A stretch of 64,000 nt of DNA from an uncultured bacterium (GTDB lineage Bacteria > Planctomycetota > UBA1135 > GCA-002686595), in NCBI GenBank assembly GCA_943787795.1, contig CALSNU010000001.1:64001-128000 (forward strand). Reading direction: 5' to 3'. Shown piece by piece: positions 41,620 through 51,585 of this stretch; positions within the stretch are counted from its first letter, which is position 1, and every line of letters starts with the position of its first letter. The notes beneath the pieces were generated by a model. It searched no databases, had not been told where the DNA came from, and was given only the letters and a program-made list of their open reading frames with translations. Both the position numbers and the translations under genes were made by a program.

Positions 41620-41823
41620 AGGCCCGAGCCGCCCACTTGCCTATGGGGGGCGCCACTGGCCCATGAGGGGAGCCGCGGGACCGTGGGGGGGGGGCCAGTG
41701 GTGGGTGCCAGCGGCCGGTGCCAGTGGCCTGTGGGGGATGGTGAGGCTCTGGATGCTGGACACCGGAACGCAGGAAGCGCCGCGGGGCTTTACAGCGGGA
41801 GGGTCGGGCGTGAAGCTGCGCGT

Positions 41824-42270
41824 GTGACTGGTCCCATCGAAGTCGACGAGGCCGCCATCGGGCGAGCTCTGGAGGCCGCCCGCTCCGTGAGGGTGGCGGC
41901 CCACGCGCCCTACTCCCGGTTCCGGGTGGGAGCGGCGGTGCTCGACGCGGAGGGCCGCCTCCACAGCGGCTGCAACGTGGAGAGCGCCAGCTTTGGCCTG
42001 ACCCTCTGCGCAGAGCGCAATGCCCTCTCGACCCGGGTCGCGGACCTGGGGCGTGGGGGAGGCGCTGGCCTGGAAGACCCCGTCGTGGTGGTCGCCATCC
42101 GAACGGACGCCGAGACGCCGACGGCGCCCTGCGGGGCTTGTCGCCAGTGGCTCGCCGAGTTCGCGCCCCGAGCCGTCGTCGTCGCGGAGGCGGCGGACGG
42201 GTCGACGGCGACGTGGGCGGTGGATGAGCTGCTGCCGAACGCCTTTCGGGGCGACCAGCTCGGCGGCTGA
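41824..42270 (+). CDS. cdd: Cytidine deaminase
   Basis: APYSRFRVGAA, GCNVESASFGLTLCAERNA, PCGACRQ, ELLPNAF. Confidence 0.95.
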   Translation: MTGPIEVDEAAIGRALEAARSVRVAAHAPYSRFRVGAAVLDAEGRLHSGCNVESASFGLTLCAERNALSTRVADLGRGGGAGLEDPVVVVAIRTDAETPTAPCGACRQWLAEFAPRAVVVAEAADGSTATWAVDELLPNAFRGDQLGG

Positions 42271-42510
42271 GCGCCGCGGCCGCGGAATCCCTCCTGGGAT
42301 CTCCGCGCAGCCGTCACCCCGGACGTGGTGATCCGTCATCTCCGCATGGGGCGGTGGAATCGGGCTGTTTGCCGGGGAGGGCCTGGTGGGGGTGCTGTGG
42401 GCTTCCTGGTCTTGCTCGCCGGCTCATGCATGGACTCGGCCCCTCCCGTGCGGGACACTCTCACCCATGAACTGGCGAGGGATCGACAAGGTATGGAGCG
42501 TCAGTCGGCG

Positions 42511-42594
42511 GCTGGTCCAACGGCCGGCCCAACGGCCAGCTCGGCGGCTGGCTCATGGGCTGGCTCATGGGCTGGCCCAAAGGCCGGCTTGGTG
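42511..42594. repeat. 12-bp degenerate tandem repeat, ~7 units, upstream of ligA
   Basis: gctggtccaacg gccggcccaacg gccagctcggcg gctggctcatgg gctggctcatgg gctggcccaaag gccggcttggtg. Confidence 0.7.
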
Positions 42595-42666
42595 CGCGGC
42601 TCGGTGGGCGCTCAGAGCCCACGTGAGTCCTGGCGAGCTCTTGAGCCCGATGGGGAGGTCACTCCC

Positions 42667-44844
42667 GTGACGCCGTCCCCCGCCAAGGGCCAGGGGCCGG
42701 CCCAGCGCCTGGAGTCGCTGCGCGCGGAGATCCTCCGGCACGACCAGCTCTACTACAACGACGGCCGGATCGAGATCTCGGACGCGGAGTACGACGCGCT
42801 CTTCCGCGAGCTGAAGGCCCTGGAGGCCGAGCACCCGGAACTCGTGACGCCGGAGAGCCCGACCCAGCGGGTGGGGGCGCCGCTTCCCGAGGGCGACAGT
42901 TTTGACAAGGTCCGCCACGCCGTCTCGATGCTCTCCATCGAGAGCCTGCGCAGCGAGGACGAGGCACGAGACTTCGCGTCCAAGGTCCACCGCTTCCTCG
43001 GCCTCGAGGAAGGGAGCGAGCTCACGTGGCACGTTGAGCCCAAGTTCGATGGTGTGTCTGCCGCGCTGATCTACCGCGACGGCGCCTTCGTCCAGGGGCT
43101 GACCCGGGGGGACGGCACCACCGGTGAGGACATCACGGCCAACCTCCGGACGGTGCGGGACGTGCCCGTGACCCTGGGCCTCGCGTCGGCTCCCAGGCTG
43201 CTGGAGGTCCGGGGAGAGGTGCTCATTGCCAGGGAGCGCTTTGATCGCTTCAACGTCTACCGGCAGGAGCGGGACCAGCCCACCTTGGCCAACGCTCGCA
43301 ACGCGACGGCGGGCGCGCTGCGTCGGAGTGACCCCTCCGAGGTGCGCCGTTACCCCCTGGAATTCCATCCCTACACGATCGTGCGCTGCGAGGGCCTGGA
43401 GCTGCCCACGTCCCATGCTGCGCGGCTCGCGCTGCTGGCGGAGTGGGGCTTCTCACCGCCCAGCGAGGACGCCACCGTCATGGGCATCGACGGGTGCCTC
43501 GAGTACCACGCAGGGATGGAGGCTCGCCGGGACGAGATCCCGTTCGAGATGGATGGGATCGTCGCCAAGCTGGATGACGTGGAGCTCCGCGATCGACTCG
43601 GCAGCACAGCCCGCGCCACGAAGTGGCAGTACGCCCACAAGTTCGCGCCGGTGGAGGCGACGACCACCCTGCGCGCCATCGAGATCCAGGTCGGGGTGAA
43701 CGGGCGCCTGACGCCCAGGGCCCACGTCGACCCCGTGGAGGTGCTGGGGGTGACCGTCCGGCACGCGACGCTCCACAACGAGGACTATGTGCTGACCCTT
43801 GGGGCGCGGCCGGGGGATCGTGTGCTGGTCAAGCGCGCCGGAGACGTGATCCCGCAGATCACCGGGGTGGCGAAGAGCGGCCCGGCGAAGGCCCCAGCCG
43901 GGTGGTCCGAGGCCATTCCTGAGAGCCTGAGGGGCGAGGATGGTGAGCGCCGAGCCGGCGTCATCGTGGATCACGGGGAGGCCTTCGGGATGCCGGCTGC
44001 GTGCCCCGCATGCGGGGCTGACGTCGTGCGAGAGGGCAAGTACGTGCGCTGCCCGAATGTGTACGGCTGCCGTCCCCAGGTCATCGGCCGAACCGTGCAC
44101 ATGGCCGGCCGCGGAGGCTTCGAGATCGACTCTCTCGGCGAGAAGATGATCGTGCAGCTGTTCGACGCCGAGTTGCTCACCTCACCGGCTGGCCTGTTCG
44201 CCCTGCGGCTCGTCCCCGACGAGGCGCTGGTGGCCCTGGACCGCTGGGGACAGAAGTCCGTGGACAATCTGAAGCGCGAGCTCGACGAGGCCCGGAAGGC
44301 CCCCCTGGAGCGTTTCCTTGCGGCCCTCTCCATCCCCGAGGTCGGGGGCGCCACGGCGCGCCTCTTGGCCCGGCACTTCCACGAGCTGGAACAGGTCCAG
44401 AATGCGACGCTCGAGCAGCTGATTGTCGTGGACGGGATTGGCGGTGAGGTCGGCGCTCGGATCGTGGCGTGGTTCGCCGAACCGAGGAATCTCGAGCTCA
44501 TCGGGGCGTTGGTGTCGAGCGGCGTCGAGATCGAGGCTCAGGACGCTTCCTTGGGCGGATCGGCCTTTGACGGGACGACGGTGGTGTTCACCGGCACCCT
44601 CGAGGGGATGAGCCGGTTCGAGGCCAAGAAGGCGGTGGAGTCCCAGGGCGGCCGCGTGGCCTCGTCCGTGAGCGCGAAGACCACCTTCCTGGTGGTCGGC
44701 GGGAAGCCCGGGTCGAAGGCCAAGAAGGCGGAGGCCCTGGGGGTCACCGTTCTGCTGGAGGCTGACTTTCTTGGCCGGCTCTCCGGTGAGCCCCCCCTCG
44801 AGGGCGGCCCCGCCCCGGACGGGGACGGAGATCTGGAGAACTGA
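42667..44844 (+). CDS. ligA: NAD-dependent DNA ligase
   Basis: YY...ISDAEYD, SPTQRVG, EPKFDG, TRGDG, EVRGE, ANARNA, zinc finger CPACG...CPN...C, BRCT (VFTG, GSKAKKA); start chosen at GTG 42667. Confidence 0.97.
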   Translation: MTPSPAKGQGPAQRLESLRAEILRHDQLYYNDGRIEISDAEYDALFRELKALEAEHPELVTPESPTQRVGAPLPEGDSFDKVRHAVSMLSIESLRSEDEARDFASKVHRFLGLEEGSELTWHVEPKFDGVSAALIYRDGAFVQGLTRGDGTTGEDITANLRTVRDVPVTLGLASAPRLLEVRGEVLIARERFDRFNVYRQERDQPTLANARNATAGALRRSDPSEVRRYPLEFHPYTIVRCEGLELPTSHAARLALLAEWGFSPPSEDATVMGIDGCLEYHAGMEARRDEIPFEMDGIVAKLDDVELRDRLGSTARATKWQYAHKFAPVEATTTLRAIEIQVGVNGRLTPRAHVDPVEVLGVTVRHATLHNEDYVLTLGARPGDRVLVKRAGDVIPQITGVAKSGPAKAPAGWSEAIPESLRGEDGERRAGVIVDHGEAFGMPAACPACGADVVREGKYVRCPNVYGCRPQVIGRTVHMAGRGGFEIDSLGEKMIVQLFDAELLTSPAGLFALRLVPDEALVALDRWGQKSVDNLKRELDEARKAPLERFLAALSIPEVGGATARLLARHFHELEQVQNATLEQLIVVDGIGGEVGARIVAWFAEPRNLELIGALVSSGVEIEAQDASLGGSAFDGTTVVFTGTLEGMSRFEAKKAVESQGGRVASSVSAKTTFLVVGGKPGSKAKKAEALGVTVLLEADFLGRLSGEPPLEGGPAPDGDGDLEN

Positions 44845-44950
44845 GGAATTGGTCGGTCAGCAGGGTTCGAAATAGACGACACACTCCCTCAGCAGAGTGG
44901 GCTGCCACGGGAGCGACCGAGGTCGATCGAGGCTAGACTCTGCAGCTGTC

Positions 44951-45598
44951 ATGGCGGACGATCCCAAGAACGAGAGCGGCACCGACGAGGTCCAGAAGCT
45001 TGTCGAAGCGGCCCACGACGGCGACGCCGACGCGTTGAACGACTTGTTCGCTCGCTACCACCAGACCATGGTCGAGGTGGCCCGGCGCAAGCTCGGCCCG
45101 CGGCTCCGGCTCAAGGAGGATCCGGACGACCTCGCGCAGACGACCTTCCGCGAGGCGACCCGTGACTTCGATCGGTACCAGTACCAAGGCCAGGGGTCAC
45201 TCTTGCGCTGGCTGGTGCAGATCCTGCAGAACAAGATTCGCGACAAGGCCGAGTTCTACTCAGCCGGGAAGCGGGACCTCTCGAAGGAGCGGGCCATGGA
45301 CGTCGGCTCCCCGGACGGGGGCGAGGCTCCGACTCCGATGGAGTTCGTGAGCAGTGACCTCTCGGTCACCAAGGTCGTCCAGCGAGACGAGAACTTCGAG
45401 CTGCTGAAGGATTCACTCTCGGAGCTGTCGCCTGAGCACCGCAAGGCGATCTCCCTGGTCTTCTTCGAGGGGCTGCCGCTCCGTGAGGCCGGTGAGCGCA
45501 TGGGGGGCAAGAGCGAGGACGCCGTCCGCATGATGCTCCGCCGGGCGGAATCCAAGCTCGGCGAGAGGCTCCGCTCGACGCTGGGTCCGGACGTGTGA
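44951..45598 (+). CDS. ECF sigma-70 factor (Planctomycete type)
   Basis: GDADALNDLF, DPDDLAQ, LRWLVQILQNKIRD, LSPEHR...EGL...EAGERMG.KSEDAVR. Confidence 0.92.
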   Translation: MADDPKNESGTDEVQKLVEAAHDGDADALNDLFARYHQTMVEVARRKLGPRLRLKEDPDDLAQTTFREATRDFDRYQYQGQGSLLRWLVQILQNKIRDKAEFYSAGKRDLSKERAMDVGSPDGGEAPTPMEFVSSDLSVTKVVQRDENFELLKDSLSELSPEHRKAISLVFFEGLPLREAGERMGGKSEDAVRMMLRRAESKLGERLRSTLGPDV

Positions 45599-45650
45599 AC
45601 CCGCGCTCTTGAGCGGGCCCCGGCGACGCCGGAGCGAGCCAGGAGCAAGA

Positions 45651-45688
45651 CAGAGGGCGGCGCGGGGTAGTCCCCGCGCCGCCCTCTG
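45651..45688. terminator. Perfect 17-bp-stem hairpin between convergent genes
   Basis: cagagggcggcgcgggg-tagt-ccccgcgccgccctctg. Confidence 0.75.
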
Positions 45689-45711
45689 CGTAAGGCGTCA
45701 TCTGGAGTGGA

Positions 45712-48220
45712 TCAGTTGATCCCGATGACGGCGAACTCGTCGAGGAAGGCCTTCTCGTTGTTCCGGTCCGCGTTGACCGCGAAGCGAATCGTGACGGAGC
45801 CTTGGCCCGCGAAGCTCGACAGATCGATGTCGGAGGTCACCCAGCCGGACGTCCCGGTGATCTGCTCGACGGTGTTGCCGTTGACGCTGATCGTGAGGAA
45901 CTCGCCGTTGTCGAGGCGCTTGGTCTCACGCGCGCACTCGAGCCGGAGGCCGGTATAGCCCGACGCATTGACGGTCACCTCGAGGAAGCGACCCCGCCGG
46001 ATCCGGGTGCCGCCGGTGCCAGCGAAGGCCCAGCTGCTGCGGGTCCGGATCCTGTCGTTGGAGACCCAGGCCGTGGAGGCCGCGCCGTCGAAGCTGTCAG
46101 CGAAGATCACCGTCTCACCGCCGCCCGTGTTCGGATCCGCCTCGGTCGTAAAGGACCAGAGGGCGCCGGCGGTGGTGCCGCCTCCGTTGGTGGCGTCGAC
46201 CTGCCAGTAGTACGTGGTGTCGTACTCCAGCGTGCCGAGGTTACGGCTTGTGCCGCCCTGGTTGCCCAGGAATGCCGGTGAGGAGGATTGTCCGAAGTAC
46301 ACGGCGTAGCTGGTCGCACCAGAGGCTGCGCTCCAGGCGAGATCCTGGTCGATGGAGACCGAGGTCGCGCCGTTGGACGGCGTGGGGCTACCGGTCTGGC
46401 CCGGGGGCGCGGGGGTGTCGGCCTCGGTGGTGAAGGACCAGGTCTGGCCCGTCGTCGTGCCCGATCCGTTCACCGCGTCGACTCGCCAGGAGTACGTCGT
46501 CGAGAACGCGAGCTGGGAGAGGCCGCGCGAAGTGCCGGCCTGGTTTCCAAGGAGGCTGAGGGAGGAACCGATGCCGAAGTAGACGTTGTAGCTGGTGGCT
46601 CCAGACGCGGCACTCCACGAGATGTCCTGGTTGATGGACACCGAGCTCGCGCCGTTGGAGGGCGTCGGGCTACCGGGCTGTCCCGGGGGCGGGGTGGAGG
46701 CCTCGGTCACCGTCAGGGTGCCCGTTCCGGTGCTCCCCGAGTAGCCGGCCACCTGGATGAGGACCGTCGTTCCCGCGCTGAGGCCGGTGAGGTCGATCTG
46801 GCTCTGGAGGCCGCACACATCGTCGTTGCACGCGATGCGGGTCAGGGAGCCGCAGTTCCCGACCCAGACCTGGAGCGCCGTGTCGTAGCCAGAACCGCAG
46901 GTGTCGATGGTGACGTCGGCGGAGCTGGACGCGGTGTAGGAGTACCACGCGTCGGCCGCGCCGCCGCCCGCGCAGGACCAAGCGACGCCGCTGTTGGTCG
47001 CGGTCGTCGTGCTGAAGGCGGTGCTCCCCGCGGTGATGACCTCGGCGTTGGCGCAGTCGTCGTTGCTGAGGGCCGCCGCCACCGCCGCCGCCGCCATCGA
47101 GGCAGGTCCGGCTGTCACGGAAGGAGGAGATCGAGCCGCGGGTGACGTTGGGGTTGAAGGTGTTCGCCGACGTGATGGAGGGGTTCATCGTGTACGACGT
47201 GCACGAGCAGTGCTGGGCGTTCCAGTTGTGCCCGAGCTCGTGCGCCGAGAGGTCCGTGGCGCTGGCGAAGTTGTTGTTGAAGTCGGTCTCGACCATGCCG
47301 TAGCCGTAGCTCGTGCAGATGGCGCCGACCCAGGCGATGCCGATGGTCCCGCCGACGATGCTCTTGCCGGAGAAGAGCTGCGCCACGTCCCGCTGGATAC
47401 CGCCTTGGTTGGCGTTCCACTCGTTGCGGAATTGGTTGAGGAGCGTCGAGGCGTCCGAGGACGTGTAGGGCTGGTTGGAGGAGGTCCGAACGAGGATCTG
47501 AGTGATCTCGTGAGTGATCGATACCTCGCTCTCGTACTGGAGGTTCATCGTGCCGATGACCGTCTGGATACGATTGCCGACGTTCGTCATGGACGACCCG
47601 TAGTCCAGGTAGAACTCGTAGTCCGCGTCACAGGCCAGCTCGGCCGTGAACAGCGAGGTTCCCATGGCCGTGTTGTTTCCGGGCGCCTCCTCGAAGCCGG
47701 GCTGCCCAAAGTTGTTGGCCAGCAGATCCGCGCCGCAGAAGTGGTTGGTGCGCAGGACGTCGCCGCGCTCGTAGAGCACGTGATGGAGTGGGCTGGCGCC
47801 CTCGACGGACGCGGGCACCGGCTGGATCCAGAACTCGGAGCCGCCGGCGATCATGATGCGGGCATAGAGGCCGTCTTCGAGGAGCGCTCCGGCGACGCGG
47901 GCGTCCGGCATCGACTCCACGGTGCCGCGCAGGGTCACCACGGGGCCCGGGGCCACGCTGACCAGCGACCCGTCGGCGCGCTGCTCCACGAGCTCGAAGC
48001 CCGGGGCGCGCACGGAGTGGGCGCTGAGGGCGAGCTGGGTGGAGGTCCCGTTCAGCTCGAACGGGATGGTCAGTCCAGTGGCGGGGTCGCCGAACCACTC
48101 CAGCTTCTGGACATCACTCTCGGTGAGTCCGAGAGCGCGGTTGACGGCGGGCTCGATGTCCTGAGCGCTAGCGCTCGCGCTCAGGGCGAGACCGATGAGC
48201 AAGGCAGGCGTTTTCTTCAT
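45712..48220 (-). pseudogene. Secreted M12/reprolysin-like metallopeptidase with accessory domains; one +1 frameshift in the Gly linker (possibly sequencing error)
   Basis: Signal MKKTPALLIGLALSASASAQ; ELACDADYEF; GIAWVGAIC; HELGHNWNAQH; Met-turn TMNP; removing one G at 47070-47072 joins GGGG-LSNDDCANA to a DTCGSGYDT..CNDD.CG domain and two duplicated Fn3-like modules. Span 2509 nt = 3n+1. Confidence 0.88.
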
Positions 48221-48643
48221 GGGGGCGTTGGATGGGGTAAGGAGCGAGCCGGCGGGAAAGCGCCGGTTGAAAGCGAAAATCAACCTAGCAGAACGGGCAA
48301 AATGGGGTCGTCTTGATGCCAGAAAGGTTGTTCTGTTGCACAACGGTCGCTGGATGCGATCCGTTATCGGACACGGCCATCCATCCAGCCTTCCGCGGGT
48401 TAGTGGTTTACCCACAGCCCCCGGGGGCGTGCCTGCCTGGCAATTTTCCCCCCCAGCGGCCACAGCGCTGGAGGGGCCAGCGGGAGACCAGGGGCATGCT
48501 CGGACGCCGAACACGCGGACCTTGGCGACCGCCGGGCTCCGGGGGGCGTCGAAGCCCGGCCCGCTGCTGCTTCTCTCCACCGGAGATGGAACGACGGGTT
48601 CCCAAGGGGCCCACGCCTCGCTATCCTCTCCGCCTCGCTGCGT

Positions 48644-48719
48644 GGGCCAATAACTCAGTTGGTAGAGTGCCATGTTCACAGCGTGGAAGTCGCTGGTTCG
48701 AGCCCAGCTTGGCCCACCA
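48644..48719 (+). tRNA. tRNA-Val (anticodon CAC)
   Basis: Acceptor gggccaa/ttggccc, D-arm ctcagttggtagag, anticodon arm ccatg-ttCACag-cgtgg, T-arm gctgg-ttcgagc-ccagc, encoded CCA; 76 nt. Confidence 0.95.
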
Positions 48720-48799
48720 CTCTTCCCCTCCCCTCCCCGCTCACCCGGGGGGCGCGACGTGGGATTTGACGGCCGCGGATGCGCGGCGAGGAACGCAGC

Positions 48800-49606
48800 A
48801 TGACCGTGAATCAACAGGAGTGGCTCGAGGCCCTCGCCAGATTCCGGGACGAGGGTCGCTCCTGCTGTCAGGTCGTGGTGACGGGCGTGAAGGGCTCCGC
48901 GCCGCGTGAGGTGGGGGCGCGCATGATCGTCGCCGACGGCAAGCTGGCCTGGGGCACCATCGGCGGCGGGAAGCTGGAGCACCTCGCCATTCAGCGAGCC
49001 TGCGAGCTGCTCGAGGGCGGACGGGCGGAGACGGTGACCGAGTCCGTGCCGCTCTCGGAGAAGGCGGGCCAGTGCTGTGGGGGCGAGGTCAGCCTCTTCC
49101 TGGAGTCATTCTGCTGGACACGGCGTCGGCTGGTCATTTTCGGCTGCGGCCACGTCGCCCAGGCCATCGCCGGCCTCGCGGACTACATGGACCTCGACGT
49201 GCAGCTCATCGACTCGCGCTCGGCCCAGGAGGTGGAGCCGCCGCTGCCCGAGTCGCCGCCCTACGAGGTCCTCTTCATCGACGCGCCCGAGGAGGAGGTG
49301 GACAGCATCCCCGCGGACTCGCTCCTCCTCGTGATGACCCACAGCCACTCCATCGATCAGGACGTCATCGCCCGGGCTCTGCGGCGTGGCTCCTTCCCCT
49401 ACATCGGGCTCATCGGCTCCGACCGCAAGTGGGCTCGCTTCAAGCAACGCCTCGAGCAGCGGGGCGCGACGGCCGACGAGCTCGCTTCGGTCACCTGCCC
49501 GATCGGGCTCTCGAAGGGATCGAAGGAGCCGCGCAAGATCGCCCTCTCCGTGGCGGCGGAGATCGTGGAGGTCGCGGAGCGGCTGGCCAAGGAGAGCAGG
49601 CGCTGA
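48800..49606 (+). CDS. xdhC: Xanthine dehydrogenase accessory protein XdhC
   Basis: GSAPREVGARM, GTIGGGKLE, GQCCGG, FGCGHVA, VMTHSH, YIGLIGS..K, CPIG, KEP..IA. Confidence 0.92.
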   Translation: MTVNQQEWLEALARFRDEGRSCCQVVVTGVKGSAPREVGARMIVADGKLAWGTIGGGKLEHLAIQRACELLEGGRAETVTESVPLSEKAGQCCGGEVSLFLESFCWTRRRLVIFGCGHVAQAIAGLADYMDLDVQLIDSRSAQEVEPPLPESPPYEVLFIDAPEEEVDSIPADSLLLVMTHSHSIDQDVIARALRRGSFPYIGLIGSDRKWARFKQRLEQRGATADELASVTCPIGLSKGSKEPRKIALSVAAEIVEVAERLAKESRR

Positions 49607-49617
49607 GCTCGCTGACC

Positions 49618-51585
49618 ATGGCTTCAGCTCGATCAGCAGAGGCTCGCGCCGCCGAGGCGCAGCCCGCCCCCGGGACAGGCGGGCTCCGCCCGGCGGCGAA
49701 TCCGGAGCTGCGCCGGTTCCAGCGCGGGCTGCTGCTGCTCCTCGCGCTCGCCGCGGGCTCGCAGGTGCTGATCGCGGGGGAGTCCTTCTCGCACAACCCC
49801 ATGGTGCTGGTCCCCCAGGTCGATGCGGCCGTGGTGTGGTCGCACGCGGGAGAGATCGCCGACGGGGCGCTCGTGGATGAGGCGCCCTTCGAGACGGCGC
49901 CGCTCATGCTCTGGTGGGCCGCGCTCGTCCGTGCCCTGGGTGGAGGGCTCGGCGCCCTCGCGGCTGCACAGTCGCTGCTTCACCTGATCGCCCTTGTCCT
50001 CGTGGGTCGACTCAGCAGGCGACTCGCGGCCTCCGCCGGCTCCCCACGCTTTGCGACGTGGGTGGGATGGCTGGGTGCAGGGCTCTTCCTGATCCTCGAC
50101 GAGCCCGCCGCCGCCACCAATCGGGTCCTCGCGGGCTCGCTGCAGCTCGTCCTGACCGCCGGGCTCCTCGATGCGCTGACCGGGGTCGGCGGGCGTGCCG
50201 GGCAGAGCGCGTCGCCGCGGCGGGCTGCGCTCATCGGCGTCCTCACCGGTCTCTGCTGCCTGGCGTTCCCGCCCTTCCTCGTCCTGCTGCCCCTGGTCCC
50301 GCTCTGGCTGTTTGCCAGCGGCGTCGGAGGCCAGCGGGCCGCGCTCATCGCGGCGGCGGTTAGCCTCGCGACCGTCGCGCCGGCCACGCTCCACAATCAC
50401 CGAGCCTCAGGGGAGTTCATTCCGATCAGCTCGCAGGCCGGACTCACGTTCTATCACGGCAACAACCCGGCGGCGGACGGGACCCTCGCCGCGGTCGGGG
50501 TGGTGAACAGCAAGGAGGAGCAGGCCCTCGACTCGCTTGTGAAGGCCCGGGCGGCGCTCGGCGACGAGGAGGCCGGGTGGAACCGAGCCAGTCGATACTG
50601 GCTGGGCCAGGGGCTCGACTGGTGGAAGCAGGAGCCCGGGAACGCGCTCTCTGTCGCGGGGATCAAGCTCTGGTATACGTTGACGGGGCGCCGGTACGGG
50701 GACGTCTATCAGCCCTGGATGGAGCGGCGGGACGGCGTGGCCACGCGTCTCTGGCTCGCGCCACTCCCCCTCGCGTGGATCCTCCCCGCCGGCCTCTGGA
50801 TGCTGGCCCTGCTGGTCCGGCGCCGGGGGCTCCGCGGGGCCGGACCGTGGCTGCTCGTCGTGGGCGTCCCGCTCGCCGTCTGCGTGGCCTTCTGGTACAC
50901 GCCGCGATATCGCCTTCCTGCGAGCGTTGGCCTGCTGCCCCTGGCGGCGCTGGCCTGCGGCCTCGTCTTCCGCGACCGTGCCCGGGCGTGGCCGGCGCTG
51001 GTCGCGCTGGCGGCGGGCGGGCTCTTTACTGCGCTCAACGGTGCCGTGGGCTTCGACCAGCATGAGCTCCACGAGCGGCGTCACGCGGCACGCATGGCCG
51101 CCGCCTTCGGTCGCCTCGAGCGTCACGACGAAGGGCTCCGCTTCCTGCGCCAGGACCTGGCCCTTGCACCCGCTGATCCCGAGGCCAGGAACCGGGTGGT
51201 GATGCTGCTCCTGTTCATGGGCCGGGACGCCGAGGCGGCGGCGACCATCGCGTCCGCGCCCCCTGCGGTTCGCGCGATGCCGGGTCCGCGAATGGTCCTG
51301 GCGTGGACGCGAGCCACAAGCTCAGTTCCCGCGGCCCGGGATGGGGCGGCAGCGCTGGAGTTGGCCGAGGGGCTGGTGGAGGAGCTCGGGCCCGGCGTCG
51401 ACTTGCTGGACACTCGCGCGGCGGCCCGCGCGCGGGTGGGGGACTTCCCCGGCGCGGTCGCGGACGCCGAACGCGCGCTGGAGTCACTCACACCGTCCGA
51501 TCCGCTGCGTACGGAGATCGCAGCCCGTCTGGAGCTTTATCGCTCCGGGACAGCGTTCACCCAGCCGATGAACCCAGAGCGATGA
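49618..51585 (+). CDS. Multi-TM GT-C (family 39/ArnT-like) glycosyltransferase with C-terminal TPR
   Basis: >10 TM segments, N-terminal loop VDA, LHNHRASGEFIPISSQAGLTFYHGNNP, PRYRLP, TPR-like LDTRAAA...GDFPGAV. Confidence 0.72.
   Translation: MASARSAEARAAEAQPAPGTGGLRPAANPELRRFQRGLLLLLALAAGSQVLIAGESFSHNPMVLVPQVDAAVVWSHAGEIADGALVDEAPFETAPLMLWWAALVRALGGGLGALAAAQSLLHLIALVLVGRLSRRLAASAGSPRFATWVGWLGAGLFLILDEPAAATNRVLAGSLQLVLTAGLLDALTGVGGRAGQSASPRRAALIGVLTGLCCLAFPPFLVLLPLVPLWLFASGVGGQRAALIAAAVSLATVAPATLHNHRASGEFIPISSQAGLTFYHGNNPAADGTLAAVGVVNSKEEQALDSLVKARAALGDEEAGWNRASRYWLGQGLDWWKQEPGNALSVAGIKLWYTLTGRRYGDVYQPWMERRDGVATRLWLAPLPLAWILPAGLWMLALLVRRRGLRGAGPWLLVVGVPLAVCVAFWYTPRYRLPASVGLLPLAALACGLVFRDRARAWPALVALAAGGLFTALNGAVGFDQHELHERRHAARMAAAFGRLERHDEGLRFLRQDLALAPADPEARNRVVMLLLFMGRDAEAAATIASAPPAVRAMPGPRMVLAWTRATSSVPAARDGAAALELAEGLVEELGPGVDLLDTRAAARARVGDFPGAVADAERALESLTPSDPLRTEIAARLELYRSGTAFTQPMNPER

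Noticed and set aside
42325..42666. N-terminal extension of ligA in the ORF track (similar ones at 3911, 6502, 15649, 38764, 48982, 49072, 51303)
   Set aside because: Low-complexity upstream read-through; family motifs, signal peptides or stop/start overlaps point to later starts.
48690..48719. tRNA-Val 3' end as an integration site
   Set aside because: No duplicate of the 3' end and no integrase were seen in the window.
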